Positions 40,427 through 52,797 of a stretch of 64,000 nt of DNA are shown here, piece by piece. This stretch comes from Macrostomum lignano (lineage: Eukaryota), in NCBI GenBank assembly GCA_002269645.1, contig NIVC01003116.1, positions 1 through 64,000 on the forward strand, written 5' to 3'. How positions within the stretch are numbered: the stretch's first letter is position 1; each line of letters begins with the position of its first letter. Both the position numbers and the translations under genes were made by a program. The notes beneath the pieces were generated by a model. It saw nothing but the letters and a program-made list of their open reading frames with translations, was not told the DNA's origin and made no database searches.

Positions 40427-43400
40427 ATGAGCCGGCGCCAGGCAGAGCAGAGAGGATTCGACAACTTGGACGCGATTATTCGGATCAGCAGAAAGGATGA
40501 ACAGCTGAAAGATGTGAGCCGGTTTAGTCACGTGACCATTGAGAGAGTGACAGTCATTTGGGTGACGCATTTGGGTGATGATTGAGAGAGTGACAGTCAT
40601 TTGGGTGACGATTGAGAGAGTGACAGTCATTTGTGTGACGATTGAGAGAGTGACAGTCATTTGGGTGACGATTAAGAGAGTGACAGTCATTTGGGTGACG
40701 ATTGAGAGAGTGACAGTCATTTGGGTGACGATTGAGAGAGTGACAGTCATTTGGGTGACGATTGAGAGAGTGACAGTCATTTGGGTGACGATTGAGAGAG
40801 TGACAGTCATTTGGGTGACGATTGAGAGAGTGACAGTCATTTGGGTGACGATTGAGAGAGTGACAGTCATTTGAGTGACGATTGAGAGAGTGACAGTCAT
40901 TTGAGTGACGATTGAGAGAGTGACAGTCATTTGAGTGACGATTGAGAGAGTGACAGTCATTTGAGTGACGATTGAAAGAGTGACAGTCATGGAGTAACTA
41001 GGAGAGTGACAACTGTAAAGTGACGATGAGAGTGACAATCGGAGAGTAACGACAGCAGCTTGTGAATAAGTAAGAGACATCTCAAACCTTTCCCCATATC
41101 CAGCCCTACGTGCTTCACGACCTGTGCCTGCGCCAAGAGATCGACCTGCTCATCCAGCTGCTGGAAAGTGACGAAGGTCATCGACGCAACATCGACGGTC
41201 GAAATCAGAACGGCCTGACGCCGCTACACGTGGCGGTGGTCAGTCCCGAGCCGCCATACCTGGAAGATCTCATCAACTACCTGCTGTACTACGGCGCAGA
41301 CAGGGACGCCAAATGCACCCCAGACGGCAACACCAGTTTGCACCTGGCGATTATCTACAGCAAGCTGTTTAACGCCGAGATTTCTGTTCCGCTGCTTCTG
41401 AAAGAGGGGGCCGTGCCGAACTTGAGAAATTTTGTTAGTAATGAGCATTTCGTGTGTTATTTTACCTTCCCTTCATTAGAGAAGACCATAAGAGGCTTAT
41501 ATTGCCTTCGACAACATCATCCAACAACCTCAACGCTGAGGCAATTCTCACACAGGGGTACACATCGGCCCTTTGACAATTTCTATCAAAGGGCAGTTGA
41601 CAAATGAATGAAATGAATCTTTCTGCAAGCGCTCAACCCACCGCACTCATAGGCCGAACGAACGCCCAAGGACTATGCCTACGCCAAGGGCTACGCAGAT
41701 CTGGCCGCTCTACTAGAAGAAATCGAGCGGCACCCGGAGCGCCGGCACGAGATTGACATCTACAATTGGAAGGAGAAATTCGGAGCAAATAGGAAAAGCG
41801 ACGGCGATCTGCTGGAGACGGCAATTCAGCAGGGCAACGCGGAGGGAGTGAAACAGCTGGCGGGAAGGATGAGCACGGATGAACAGCAGGCGAAGGTAGA
41901 TGTAGCTATATTTATACTAAGAAGAAGGGTTTCTATAATGAATTGATGCTAGTCTTTATCTGTAGCCGTCACAACCCGTTGCAGCTGCTGCAAGACATGC
42001 TGTGCTACCACAGAGCGGTGCTCGAGTCGCGACGGAACAAGGCGCAAGTAATCGATTCGCTAGGCAGCTCAGGCGTGGACCCGAGAAGCGTCGACGATGT
42101 AAGCATCGAGCCATTTAACTACCAAAATAGTTAGACATGCTACTCGCAATCAGTGGTGCAAAAGTAAAGCGTCTATTCATTAGGAATTGAATGTGGTAAC
42201 TAAAATTTCCTTGCCTCCCTGAGGGTTTAAGTTGATGTACACAAGTGACGCAACGCAAGACGGACGAAACTCAGCCTAGGGGGGGGGGTGCAGGCCCAAT
42301 CTAGCTCAGCCAATAAGAGAGCAGTAAGGAGAGAAGTCAAAGTCAGACGGACAAAACTCAGCCTAGGGGGCAGGCCCAATCCAGCTCAGCCAATGAGGGA
42401 GCAGTAAGGAGAGAGGTCAAAGCCAGACCGAAACTCAGCCTAAGGGGCAGGCCCAATCTAGCTCAGCCAATGAGAGAGCAGTAAGGAGAGAGGTCAGCGT
42501 TAGACCGATGAAACTCAGCCTAGGGGGCAGGCCCAATCTAGCTCAGCCAATGAGAGAGCAGCAAGGAGAGAGGTCAAAGTCAGACGGACGAAACTCCGTA
42601 GTGGACAGGCCTAATCTAGCTCAGCTAATGAGATAGCAGTAAGGAGAGAAGTCAAAGTTAGACGGACGAAACTCAGCAATTTAACGTTATGTAAACAGCA
42701 TTATTTCCCTTCTTCTTTCACGCCAATGCACTTTTAGCAGCAAAAACCAGCCTCAAGTGGCACGTTTGGCAAGCGTAGCGTCCGTCTGCTTTTAGACATT
42801 AAAATACAATTTACCAATTATACTGAGCTTGATAATTGTATCTTTAAAATTCTCAATGCAGCACGGAAACACGGCTATCCAACTGGCCATCAGTTCACTG
42901 CCGCACGATCAAGAGATGATTGACGTCATTAAAGCTCTGCTGAAAGCCGGGGTACCAAAAGAGCCGAAGAACAAGGTGAGCTACTAAACGTCACTTCTAG
43001 TTAAACTGCTCCTACTACGAGCAGTTTAAAACGCTGCTACCTACTACAACGCCCAAAGCCCTTTGAGTTGCCAAACCCCAAGGTTGACTAAGGGCCTGCT
43101 GGCCGTTAGATCGTCGGACTCACGACTGAAAGGTTTGTTTCCTTGACCAAAGATACCTAACTCTGCATTTTTTCAGTTCACCCAGCTGTAAAATGGGTGC
43201 CAGCATTAGCTGGGGTAATTGAGGTTGTGTGGCGACCCCCAGTCCTTGGACTGAACAGCCGTACGCAGCCTTTAGATGCGCCGCGCAATAGCTGCGGCTG
43301 AGCTGACGGTCGCATATATTGCAAGGGAGCTTTGGGCACCACCCGCTGACCCCTGAGCACACGCGCGCTCACACAGGGTGCACAGCGGCCCATCGTTATG

Positions 43401-45500
43401 TATGTGCACTCGCTGAGCCTTAGAGGTTGGCCCTCATGGCTGTGGAATCGTACGGTAATCATCCCAGACGCTGTAATACAAAAGACTGACTTTTATTCCG
43501 GGAAATGTACAGGAAAACAAAGACGCCCTGACGATGTCAATAGAGCGAGATTACAAAGACGTCGAAGAGTTGCTTCGCGGCAGTAAGCGACCGGAGCCGG
43601 CGCGACCGCCCCCGCCACCGCAGCCGCAGAAACGAGGCCGTTCGGTGCACGAAATTCTAGCAGACAAAAGTTTGACTAGCAAGAAGAAACTGGCCGAACT
43701 GGAGCAGCTGTGGACTAATTATCCCAGTACGAACCCGAATGTTCGCACTACCGATAATGTAAGTCTGGAAGCTTAGAGATTGCCTTCCAGGGGGATAGCG
43801 AGCAATTTTTAATCCGACGATTCACCCTTAAGCATGAACTTATAAAGTGAAGCGTTCTATGGTCCTCGGGTCCTTTGAAACTTCACAATAGCAATCCGGG
43901 CCGCTCAAAAGTTGTCTTTTCTCTGTTACCGAGAATTTAGTCCAGATGATTTTTATAGATACCCGAGCCCCAACTAAAACAAAGTTTAAGCAATACATTT
44001 TTTCGCAAAACATGACAGATGGCCGACACGCCATTGCACATTGTGGTCAGGCGAGACCAAGAGGAGCTTGTGGACTTCTTTCTCAGCAAGAATGCCATTG
44101 TCAACGTTAAAAACAAGGTAAACTACCGTTAATTTTACTGCAAAAAGTCAGCAAATATCCGGAGTTTCGCCCAGTGGTGAGCGTGTCTGACTCTTGTGCT
44201 GAAGACCCATGAAGGTCAAGCCCTGAGGCGTAGCGTAAAGTGTGAACATTGTCTGACAATAAGAAAGTCAGGGCCGCTGTGTGGAAGTACGAAAGTTGCC
44301 TTATGGAAAAATTGCCCGCCGAAGTTTGCACTCTAGCAATGAGCTATATTCAATATTACTTTGCTAAGACAAAGTCTTAGTCTTACACGAGTTCAATTTT
44401 TTTTAATCTCATATATACTCGATCAACTGGTCCTATTAATCCCGTGTTCCGGAGCCCAGAGATCCTCAAAGCCGTCCCTAATTGCTTGTTAAAATGAGCA
44501 GTGATAAATGAAATTTGAGGACGACCTTAGAACTCTTGTTACAACAGTACGAGAGTAAAGAACTTTTGACCATGTAAATAAAATACACGTAAATTAATAT
44601 GGGTGAAATGCAAATGTGAGCAAACTTCGGCGGGCAATTTTCATGCACAAGGGTTAGCGTCCAGATGCGGCACACGGGTCCGTGAAACTTCACAATAGCA
44701 ATGCGGCCCGCTTAAAGGTTTGTGTCTCTTCTCTTCTCAGCTTTCTTCTCTCCTATTATCTTTTCGCATCCCATCTCCTCTCGCCTGTCTCTTTCCTTTT
44801 CTCTAATCTCCCTTTCCTACCCTCTCTCATCTTACTTTCATAAGGTAAGTAGATTAATCTGGCCCTGAAGGTAAAAATAGGTAAGCGAAATGGGCATAAC
44901 TGGTTGCCTCTTTGCGGGAGGTCGCATTTTTAGAGGCCAGGGGCTGTGTGCACCCTGAAGTACCTGGAGCATTACTGCCCCCCCCATTTCGCCGACTCCC
45001 TTGAGCAGGCACACACTCACACAGGAGTGTACAGCGGCCCTAACTTCATATTATCGTTAGAGATGTACACTACTGTGCCTTGGGGGGGGGTTGGCCCTCA
45101 AAGTCGTTAACTGCACAAGCAGAGCCAAGCCGAGATTCCAATTTAGCTCCAAATTAATGTGACAGCACTTGGAATCGAGCCTGGGCCGCTGGCACATCAG
45201 AGCACCGCGCTGGACCACTGGGCTACGGCCCCCTGGCTGTCGCCTTTGACCTGTTGCGGTACCCAACGCTCCCCATGGTAACTAAGTGCATCTCCATTCC
45301 TCATTATCGTCAAATAATTCTTCCAGCGCAACGAGACTCCAATAATGCTAGCCCAAAGAACAGAGTTCGGCTTCAACCTTGGCGTCTATGAGAAGCTGAA
45401 GGAGGTCAACAGAACTCAGATTGCTAGGAAACGATGGACTCAATTGGGTGGACGAATAGGAGAGCAACAGACTGCGCAGGCGAAAGCTAATGGGACTTAG
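40427..45500 (+). CDS. Ankyrin-repeat protein B, 8 exons, ~468 aa, paralog of A
   Basis: Exons 40427-40513, 41104-41433, 41653-41895, 41985-42098, 42862-42975, 43513-43758, 44019-44117 and 45327-45500; all phase 0. Colinear with A, e.g. NGLTPLHVAV/PPYL/GNTSLHLAIIYSK vs NDMTPLQ/PPYL/GNTALHLAILYSK, and HDQEM..L.AGVPK in both. The exon 4 acceptor is uncertain. Confidence 0.85.
40535..40990. repeat. 30-bp minisatellite (ankyrin B intron 1)
   Basis: Unit gagagagtgacagtcattt(g/a)ggtgacgatt-like, about 15 copies. Confidence 0.95.
42258..42678. repeat. ~80-bp tandem repeat, about 5 copies (ankyrin B intron 4)
   Basis: aaactcagcc recurs at about 42267, 42354, 42431, 42511, 42591 and 42669. Confidence 0.88.
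43095..43230 (+). mobile_element. CORE-SINE-like copy, same family as 8705-8877
   Basis: cgtcggactc..gactgaaaggt / ccttgaccaaagatacctaactctgc..cagctgtaaaatgggtgcca..tagctggggtaattgag matches the reverse complement of the 8.7-kb copy. Confidence 0.75.
44830..45232 (-). mobile_element. tRNA-derived SINE, family 2
   Basis: Minus-strand head GGCCGTAGCCCAGTGG (A box) ... GGCTCGATTCC (B box). The body is shared with 46010-46305 and a fragment at 43340-43430. Confidence 0.65.
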
Positions 45501-46009
45501 TTAATTTGAAAATTGACGCACTTTTTTGTATGTAGTTTACCTATGTGCTTTTTCCTATGTAAACTAACTACTTCTGAACCATGTGAATAAGAGTAATAAT
45601 ACAAGAACCAAACTTCCTGACTTTTATAAACTTCCATACACTGATAAAAACCTTGCTACTACTAATAGTAGCACTTGCTTCAATACTTATTACAAGCAAG
45701 ATTTTCATTGCATTCTGGCACTTTTGCGGCGGACAGAATGCGAACTCAATGACTATTTTACCTGTTGAGAATAAAACTGACTTTTAGAAATAGCTACTAA
45801 TATAAATGACAAACAAAGTCAAATCCGTGTTTATTATTTATTTTTCTACTGGTAATGTTGCGTGTATTTAAAATAGGAATAAATATAAAAAAGGACAATA
45901 TATACAGTAATAAAAACTTAAAGTATATATTTGAAGAGATCACAGCTTTAAGCTAAAAGAAAAACCTCAAAGGATAAAATGTGCGAAAACAGTATTTTTA
46001 TTAGATGCA

Positions 46010-46305
46010 GGGGGTGTGCACCCTGGCGCACATTAAGCGACGTTGTCACACAACCAGCGAGAGGCATTGCTGCCCATTCCGCCGACTCCCCTGAGCAGGC
46101 ACACAAGCGCACGGATACGTACGCAGTCATACGCACAGGCACACACTCACACAGGAGTGTACAGCAGCCATAACTTTATTCATCGTTAGGCATGTACACT
46201 TCACTTGACCACCAAGGCCGTTAACAGCACGAGCAGAGCCAAGCCAAGACTTCAATTCAGCTAAAAAAAAATTAATGTGAGACTGCACTTGGAATCGAGC
46301 CCGGG
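46010..46305 (-). mobile_element. SINE family 2, truncated second copy
   Basis: gccgactcccctgagcaggcacac..cacacaggagtgtacagc..agagccaagcc..attaatgtga..cacttggaatcgagcc aligns to 44990-45185. Confidence 0.7.
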
Positions 46306-46421
46306 ATTTAGTATATTTGAGTAAAGTAACAAATTTGAGTAAATTTTAGTTTTATAAAAAAACTAAGATAATTCTATAGTAAGTAGTATAAAATTGATCA
46401 ATAGTTTTTAAACAAAATCAA

Positions 46422-49400
46422 TCAGTGCGATCGCTCGGTTGGGCCTTTGTACTCAATACCGAGATAGTCGAACACGTCCTCCTCAGATGTGACAGGCAGC
46501 GGCTCCCCTGGGACACCTGTACTGCCTAGCGGCCTCAAACTGTACTCATTCAGTATGAAGCCCTGCTTGTGCGCCTCGCCTCGCAGATAGATATTAAACA
46601 GATCGCTGCCGGTGAAGTGGATCAGGCCGCAATAGTATTGCTCGAATGGGATCAGCTGGAAATCTATTCGGCGATGATGCTGGGATGAGTCCAGCTTGCA
46701 GATGCCCTGCAGTGAAATTGATTTGCTTGATTGAACAAATTCGCAGAGCAGAGTGGGAAAAGGGAGCTAAGGGGAGCGAGAGAGAGGGCAGAAAGAGGAG
46801 CGGGAAAGGGGGCGGAAATGGGGCGGTAAGGGGAGCATGAAAGAGGGTGGAAAGAGGAGCGAGAGGGGGCGGAAGTGGAGCAGGAAAAGGGGCGGAAAGG
46901 GGGCCGAATGAGAGTGGAAGAGAAGGCGGAAAGGGGTGGGAGAGAGGGGGAAAGGGGAGCGGAGGATGGGGCGGAAAGGGGTGGGAGAGAGGGGGGAAAG
47001 GGGAGCGGAGGATGGGGCGGAAAGGGGTGGGAGAGAGGGGGGAAAGGGCAGCGGAGGATGGGGCGGAAAGGAGAGCCGAAGAGAGGGCGGAAGGGGAGCG
47101 GGAAAGGGCGGAAAAGGCAGTCAGGTTGAAGGCAAGAGAAGAGCTCACCATAAATTTAAGCTGGCCGTGAGAGATGACGTCAGTAATGAACCCACAATTC
47201 TTCAGCCTAGTGATCAGCTGGTCCAAATGGTTGCCCTTCTTTTTATCCTTAGACTTGGCCTCTCGGGCTCTGGTCTCCTCCGTGAAAGTTTGGTGCGTCA
47301 ACAGAAAGTCGATGTCGCCGCTGCTGGATGCGCCGCGCCTGAAGCTGCCGCAGGCGGTGGCAATCAGATCCGGGTCGATTTTTTTGGCCTCGGACAGCAC
47401 CAGCTCTTCGAGTTGGAGCATCTCGGCGCGAGGAATGCGAAGCTCCAGGTCTTCGAAGTACCTATGAGCAGACAGAATGATCGACTCTATGAGCAGACAG
47501 AATGATCTACTATGAGCAGACATAATGATCGACTCTATGAGCAGACAGAATGATCCACTATGAGCAGACATAATGATCGACTCTATGAGCAGACAGAATG
47601 ATCCACTATGAGCAGACAGAATGATCTACTCTATGAGCAGACAGAATGATCCACTCTATGAGCAGACAGAATGATCGACTATATGAGCAGACAGAATGAT
47701 CGACTATATGAGCAGACAGAATGATCCACTATGAGCAGACAGAATGATCTACTCTATGAGCAGACAGAATGATCCACTCTATGAGCAGACAGAATGATCG
47801 ACTATATGAGCAGACAGAATGATCCACTCTATGAGCAGACAGAATGATCGACTATATGAGCAGACAGAATGATCGACTATATGAGCAGACAGAATGATCC
47901 ACTATGAGCAGACAGAATGATTCACTTTATGAGCAGACAGAATGATCTACTCTATGAGCAGACAGAATGATCCACTTTATGAGCAGACAGAATGATCTAC
48001 TCTATGAGCAGACAGAATGATCCACTTTATGAGAAGACAGAATGATCGACTATATGAGCAGACAGAATGATCTACTCTTTGAGCAGACAGAATGATCGAC
48101 TCTATGAGCAGACAGAATGATCGACTATATGAGCAGACAGAATGATCGACTCTATGAGCAGACAGAATGATCTACTCTATGAGCAGACAGAATGATCCAC
48201 TATGAGCAGACAGAATGATCCACTATGAGCAGACAGAATGATCTACTATGAGCAGACATAATGATCGACTCTATGAGCAGACAGAATGATCCACTATGAG
48301 CAGACAGAATGATCTACTCTATGAGCAGAAAGAATGATCCACTCTATGAGCAGACAGAATGATCGACTATATGAGCAGACAGAATGATCTACTCTATGAG
48401 CAGACAGAATGATCCACTATGAACAGACAGAATGATCGACTATATGAGCAGACAGAATGATCCACTATGAGCAGACAGAATGATCCACTTTATGAGCAGA
48501 CAGAATGATCTACTCTATGAGCAGACAGAATGATCCACTTTATGAGCAGACAGAATGATCGACTATATGAGCAGACAGAATGATCGACTATATGAGGAGA
48601 CAGAATGATCGACTCTATGAGCAGACAGAATGATCCACTCTATGAGCAGACAGAATGATCTACTTTATGAGCAGACAAAATGATCGACTCTAAACAGAAG
48701 CAGACAGAATGATCCACTATATGAGCAGACAGAATGATCTACTTTATGAGCAGACAGAATGATCCACTATGGGCAGACAGAATGATCTACTCTATGAGCA
48801 GACAGAATGATCTACTTAATGAGCAGACAGAATTAAGCAACATATTTGTAAGAGGCTCACTTCAATCCAATTTTCTGTTGATGATTAAGTTTGCCAGGAT
48901 GCTTCTTCAATTCTTCAACAGATTTGATGCCTTCACTAACAAGCTTCTTAGCTAGGGCTGGTCTACAAGCGCAATGTAGCATTCATAGTTTCCAATAATA
49001 CAGAAAAAGATAGTCTCCACAGTAACCTACCCAACCCCGCTGATTTTGGTCAGCTCATTAATGCTATTGGCTTCATCGTCCTGTTTAACTTCGCAGAGCT
49101 TTTTTAACGAACCGGTGGTCAGGATCTCGTCAATTTTTTTAGCAATCTTATCGCCGATACCGTTCTGAATGCGATTGAATGAACAGAGTTTTTTGTTGTT
49201 GTTGTTTCTAATTGTAAAAATATTTTGTTAAAGACAGAAAATATAAGATTCTTTACCATTTCTTTGGCCTGTTTGCCACTTTTTATTGGTGTCGGATGCG
49301 TTTTAATAAGGTCGGCGGCCTTGCGATAGGCTTTGAATTTGAACAGATTGCGGTTCTTGTTCTTCTCGTAGTTGGATAGCTCTGTTTGTTTGTTGTTGGC

Positions 49401-50215
49401 GAGATTTCAAGTTAAAAATTAATGTTACATTGAAACATTAAAGGTGAATGTTAAATGGTGACCCTAGAACCCGATTGGTGAACTTAGAACCCAGATGAAG
49501 ACCTTAGAAGCTGGACGGTGACCTTAGAACCCGGATAGTGATCCCGGAACCCGGATGGTGATCTTAGAACCCGGATGGTGACCTTAGAACCCGGATGGTG
49601 ACCTTCGAACCCGGATGGTGACCGTAGAACCGATATGGTGACTTTAGAACCCGGATAGTGAGCTTCGAACCCGGAATGGTGACCTTCGAACCAGGATGTT
49701 GACCCAGGAACCCAGATGGTGACCTTCTAACCCGGATGGTGACCCTAGAACCCGGATGTTGACCCTAGAACCCGGATGTTGACCCTAGAACCCGGATGGT
49801 GACCGTAGAACCCGGATGTTGACCCTAGAACCCGGATGTTGACCCTAGAACCCGGATGTTGACCCTAGAACCCGGATGTTGACCCTAGAACCCGGATGTT
49901 GACCCTAGAACCCGGATGTTGACCCTAGAACCCGGATGTTGACCCTAGAACCCGGATGTTGACCCTAGAACCCGGATGTTGACCATAGAACCCGGATGTT
50001 GACCCTAGAACTTGGATAGTCACCTTAGACTAGAACCCGCCTGTTTTTTTCCGACGGTGAGAGTTGAAGCACTAGTTTAGCACCTGGTAAGGTTTGGTGC
50101 CTTCTTTAATTAGATTAAAAAATGACCTACCAATCATAATTTTAGCAATCTTGGCATTCGTAGACTGCTCGCCATCCTCGGAGTCCAAATCAGGTTGTTT
50201 ACGTTTGCTTGTCAT
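46422..50215 (-). CDS. POLB: DNA polymerase beta, 6 exons, intact, 347 aa
   Basis: Exons 50215-50131, 49381-49257, 49164-49031, 48962-48861, 47461-47149 and 46706-46422 (1044 nt). Motifs: AYRKAA, GIGDKIAKKIDE, LNHQQKIGLKYFED, CGSFRRGASSSGDIDFL, RRIDFQLIP, FTGSDLFN, LNEYSLRP. Confidence 0.96.
46745..47125. repeat. Purine/G-rich low-complexity tract (POLB intron 5)
   Basis: gggcggaaagggg and gagcggaggatgg variants. Confidence 0.8.
47463..48833. repeat. ~22-24-bp minisatellite (POLB intron 4)
   Basis: Unit tatgagcagacagaatgatc(c/g/t)ac(tc). Confidence 0.95.
49458..50030. repeat. 20-bp minisatellite (POLB intron 1)
   Basis: Unit gaccctagaacccggatg(t/g)t. Confidence 0.93.
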
Positions 50216-50499
50216 TTCGATAAGGTAAGGCTGGAACTGGAATAATAAAATAGGTTGACGAATTTTTTAAATTAATATTGTTGTCAGTAATGGACTCAAT
50301 CTGAATTTCTGTAACTTTCTGTTTCGGAAATCCCCTTACATGTACGTTAGTTCGAGAAAGCGTCTACGGTATTATTAAATGTATTTCTTTACTTGCCTAC
50401 TGATTAGTAGTACAATATACTAGGCGTTTTCAAAATAAACCCAAACTTCATATCGCACAAGCACCATATTCACTAAACTTTACAGTCAACATTCTGTAC

Positions 50500-50822
50500 A
50501 TCTTCACATTCCTTAATCTCTACAGTCCCAATCTTCACATTCCTTAATCTCTACAGTCCCAATCTTCACATTCCTTAATCTCTACAGTCCCAATCTTCAC
50601 ATTCCTTAATCTCTACAGTCCCAATCTTCACATTCCTTAATCTCTACAGTCCCAATCTTCACATTCCTTAATCTCTACAGTTCCAATCTTCACATTCCTT
50701 AATCTCTACAGTCCCAATCTTCACATTCCTTGATGTCTACAGTCCCCAATCTTCACATTCCTTAATCTCTACAGTCCCCAATCTTCACATTCCTTAATCT
50801 CTACAGTCCCCAATCTTCAGAT
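50500..50822. repeat. 31-bp minisatellite upstream of POLB
   Basis: Unit atcttcacattccttaatctctacagtccca, about 10 copies. Confidence 0.93.
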
Positions 50823-51135
50823 TCTAAAGATTTCTCAATCTTTACAATTCCAAATCTAAAATTTACACTAAACTTCGTAATCCCAATTACCTTATACTAG
50901 GATATTTGGAAAATAAGAATTTCAGGTCCATGCACTTCAAGAGAATTCCAAAAGTCAGGTGTGAATTGGTACAAACTAAAAAGCAGATACAGAAAACAGT
51001 TTGATTCAGATTGCAATAATCAACGCAAAACACGTTCAAGTAAGTTTTTTTAAGTTTATTAAAATATTACGGTTGTGCAATAACTACAGAGGACTTAATT
51101 AAGTCAAGCAGATCTAATTATAATAAAAATGCTAA

Positions 51136-51495
51136 TTAACTGTCCCTCTCCCAGTTCTGCGTGCGCAGATAAGTGCGCCTGCACTCTTCAGCCAGCGACC
51201 GACTCGGGCGGACCCGGCGAAAATGCTCGGCGTAAACAGCGTAAAACTCATCCTCTTCGCGACGAATCTCCGCAGCCTGGCGATAATGAGCGATGCTGGC
51301 CTCTTGGCGACGATCCAGGTACTGGGTGGACAGGTGGCGCAGGTTCTCGCGTTGAACCAGCAGCTCGTTGATTGTGGCAGACTTTCGAGCGTTGGTTAGG
51401 CGAGCAATAACACGGCGTTTGCCAGCGAACAGGGAGCCGGGCACCGACTTGGTGGGCACGAAGCGGCCCAGCAGGCTCAGGGACAGATGCAGCAA
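51136..51495 (-). CDS. MRPL57: Mitochondrial ribosomal protein mL63 (MRP63)-like; no ATG at the expected start
   Basis: 119-aa frame with VPGSLFAGKRR...RENLRHLSTQYLDRRQE, resembling mL63 (IPGRQWIGKHRR...AENHYWLSMPYMTREQE). Start context is cccaTTGctg, with a stop 5 codons upstream and no internal Met. Confidence 0.7.
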   Translation of the reverse strand: MLHLSLSLLGRFVPTKSVPGSLFAGKRRVIARLTNARKSATINELLVQRENLRHLSTQYLDRRQEASIAHYRQAAEIRREEDEFYAVYAEHFRRVRPSRSLAEECRRTYLRTQNWERDS

Positions 51496-51566
51496 TGGGG
51501 GCAGTGTTTCAGCTTATGTAAGACTGCGCTTTTACATTACCCGGTTCGGGAGAACCAAGCGGTGGT

Positions 51567-52797
51567 ACCTCAGCAACCGAGGATCTGGGAGGCTGGCCCA
51601 GAAACTGACACTCTGGGAGGCTGGTCCAGCAACTGACACTCTGAGAGGCTGGCCCAGCAACTGACACTCTGGGAGGCTGGCCCAGCAACTGACACTCTGG
51701 GAGGCTGGCCCAGCAACTGACACTCTGGGAGGCTGGTCCAGCAACTGACACTCTGGGAGGCTGGTCCAGCAACTGACACTCTGGGAGGCTGGTCCAGCAA
51801 CTGACACTCTGAGAGGCTGGCCCAGCAACTGACACTCTGGGAGGCTGGCCCAGCAACTGACACTCTGGGAGGCTGGCCCAGCAACTGACACTCTGGGAGG
51901 CTGGCCCAGCAACTGACACTCTGGGAGGCTGGCCCAGCAACTGACACTCTGGGAGGCTGGCCCAGCAACTGACACTCTGGGAGGCTGGCCCAGCAACTGA
52001 CACTCTGGGAGGCTGGCCCAGCAACTGACACTCTGGAAGGCTGGCTCAGCAACTGAGGATCTGGGAGGCTGGCTCAGCAACTGACACTGGGAGGCTGGCA
52101 CAGCAACTGAGGATCTGGGAGGCGGGCCCAGCAACTGACACTCTGGGAGGCTGGTCCAGCAACTGAGGATCTGGGAGGCTGACTCAGCAACTGACACTGG
52201 GAGGCTGGCTCAGCAACTGAGGATCTGGAAGGCTGGCTCAGCAACTAACACTCTGGGAGGCTGGCTCAGCAACTAACACTCTGGGAGGCTGGCTCAGCAA
52301 CTGACACTCTGGGAAGCTGGACCAGCAACTGAGGATCTGGGAGGCGGGCCCAGAAACTGACACTCTGGGAGGCTGGCTCAGCAACTGACACTCTGGGAGG
52401 CGGGCCCAGCAACTGACACTCTGGGAGGCTGGCTCAGCAACTGAGGATCCGGGAGGCTGGCCCAGCAACTGAGGATCTGGGAGGCTGGCCCAGCAACTGA
52501 GGATCTGTGAGGCGGGCCCAGCAACTGACACTCTGGGAGGCTGGCTCAGCAACTGAGGATCCGGGAGGCTGGCCCAGCAACTGAGGATCTGGGAAGCTGG
52601 CCCAGCAACTGAGGATCTGGGAGGCGGGCCCAGCAACTGACACTCTGGGAGGCTGGCTCAGCAACTGAGGATCTGGGAGGCGGGCCCAGCAACTGAGGAT
52701 CTGGGAGGCGGGCCCAGCAACTGAGGATCTGGGAGGCGGGCCCAGCAACTGACACTCTGGGAGGCGGGCCCAGCAACTGACACTCTGGAAGGCTGGC
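51567..52797. repeat. 28-bp minisatellite upstream of mL63
   Basis: Unit ggctggcccagcaactga(cact/ggat)ctggga, same family as Ku70 intron 4. Confidence 0.95.
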
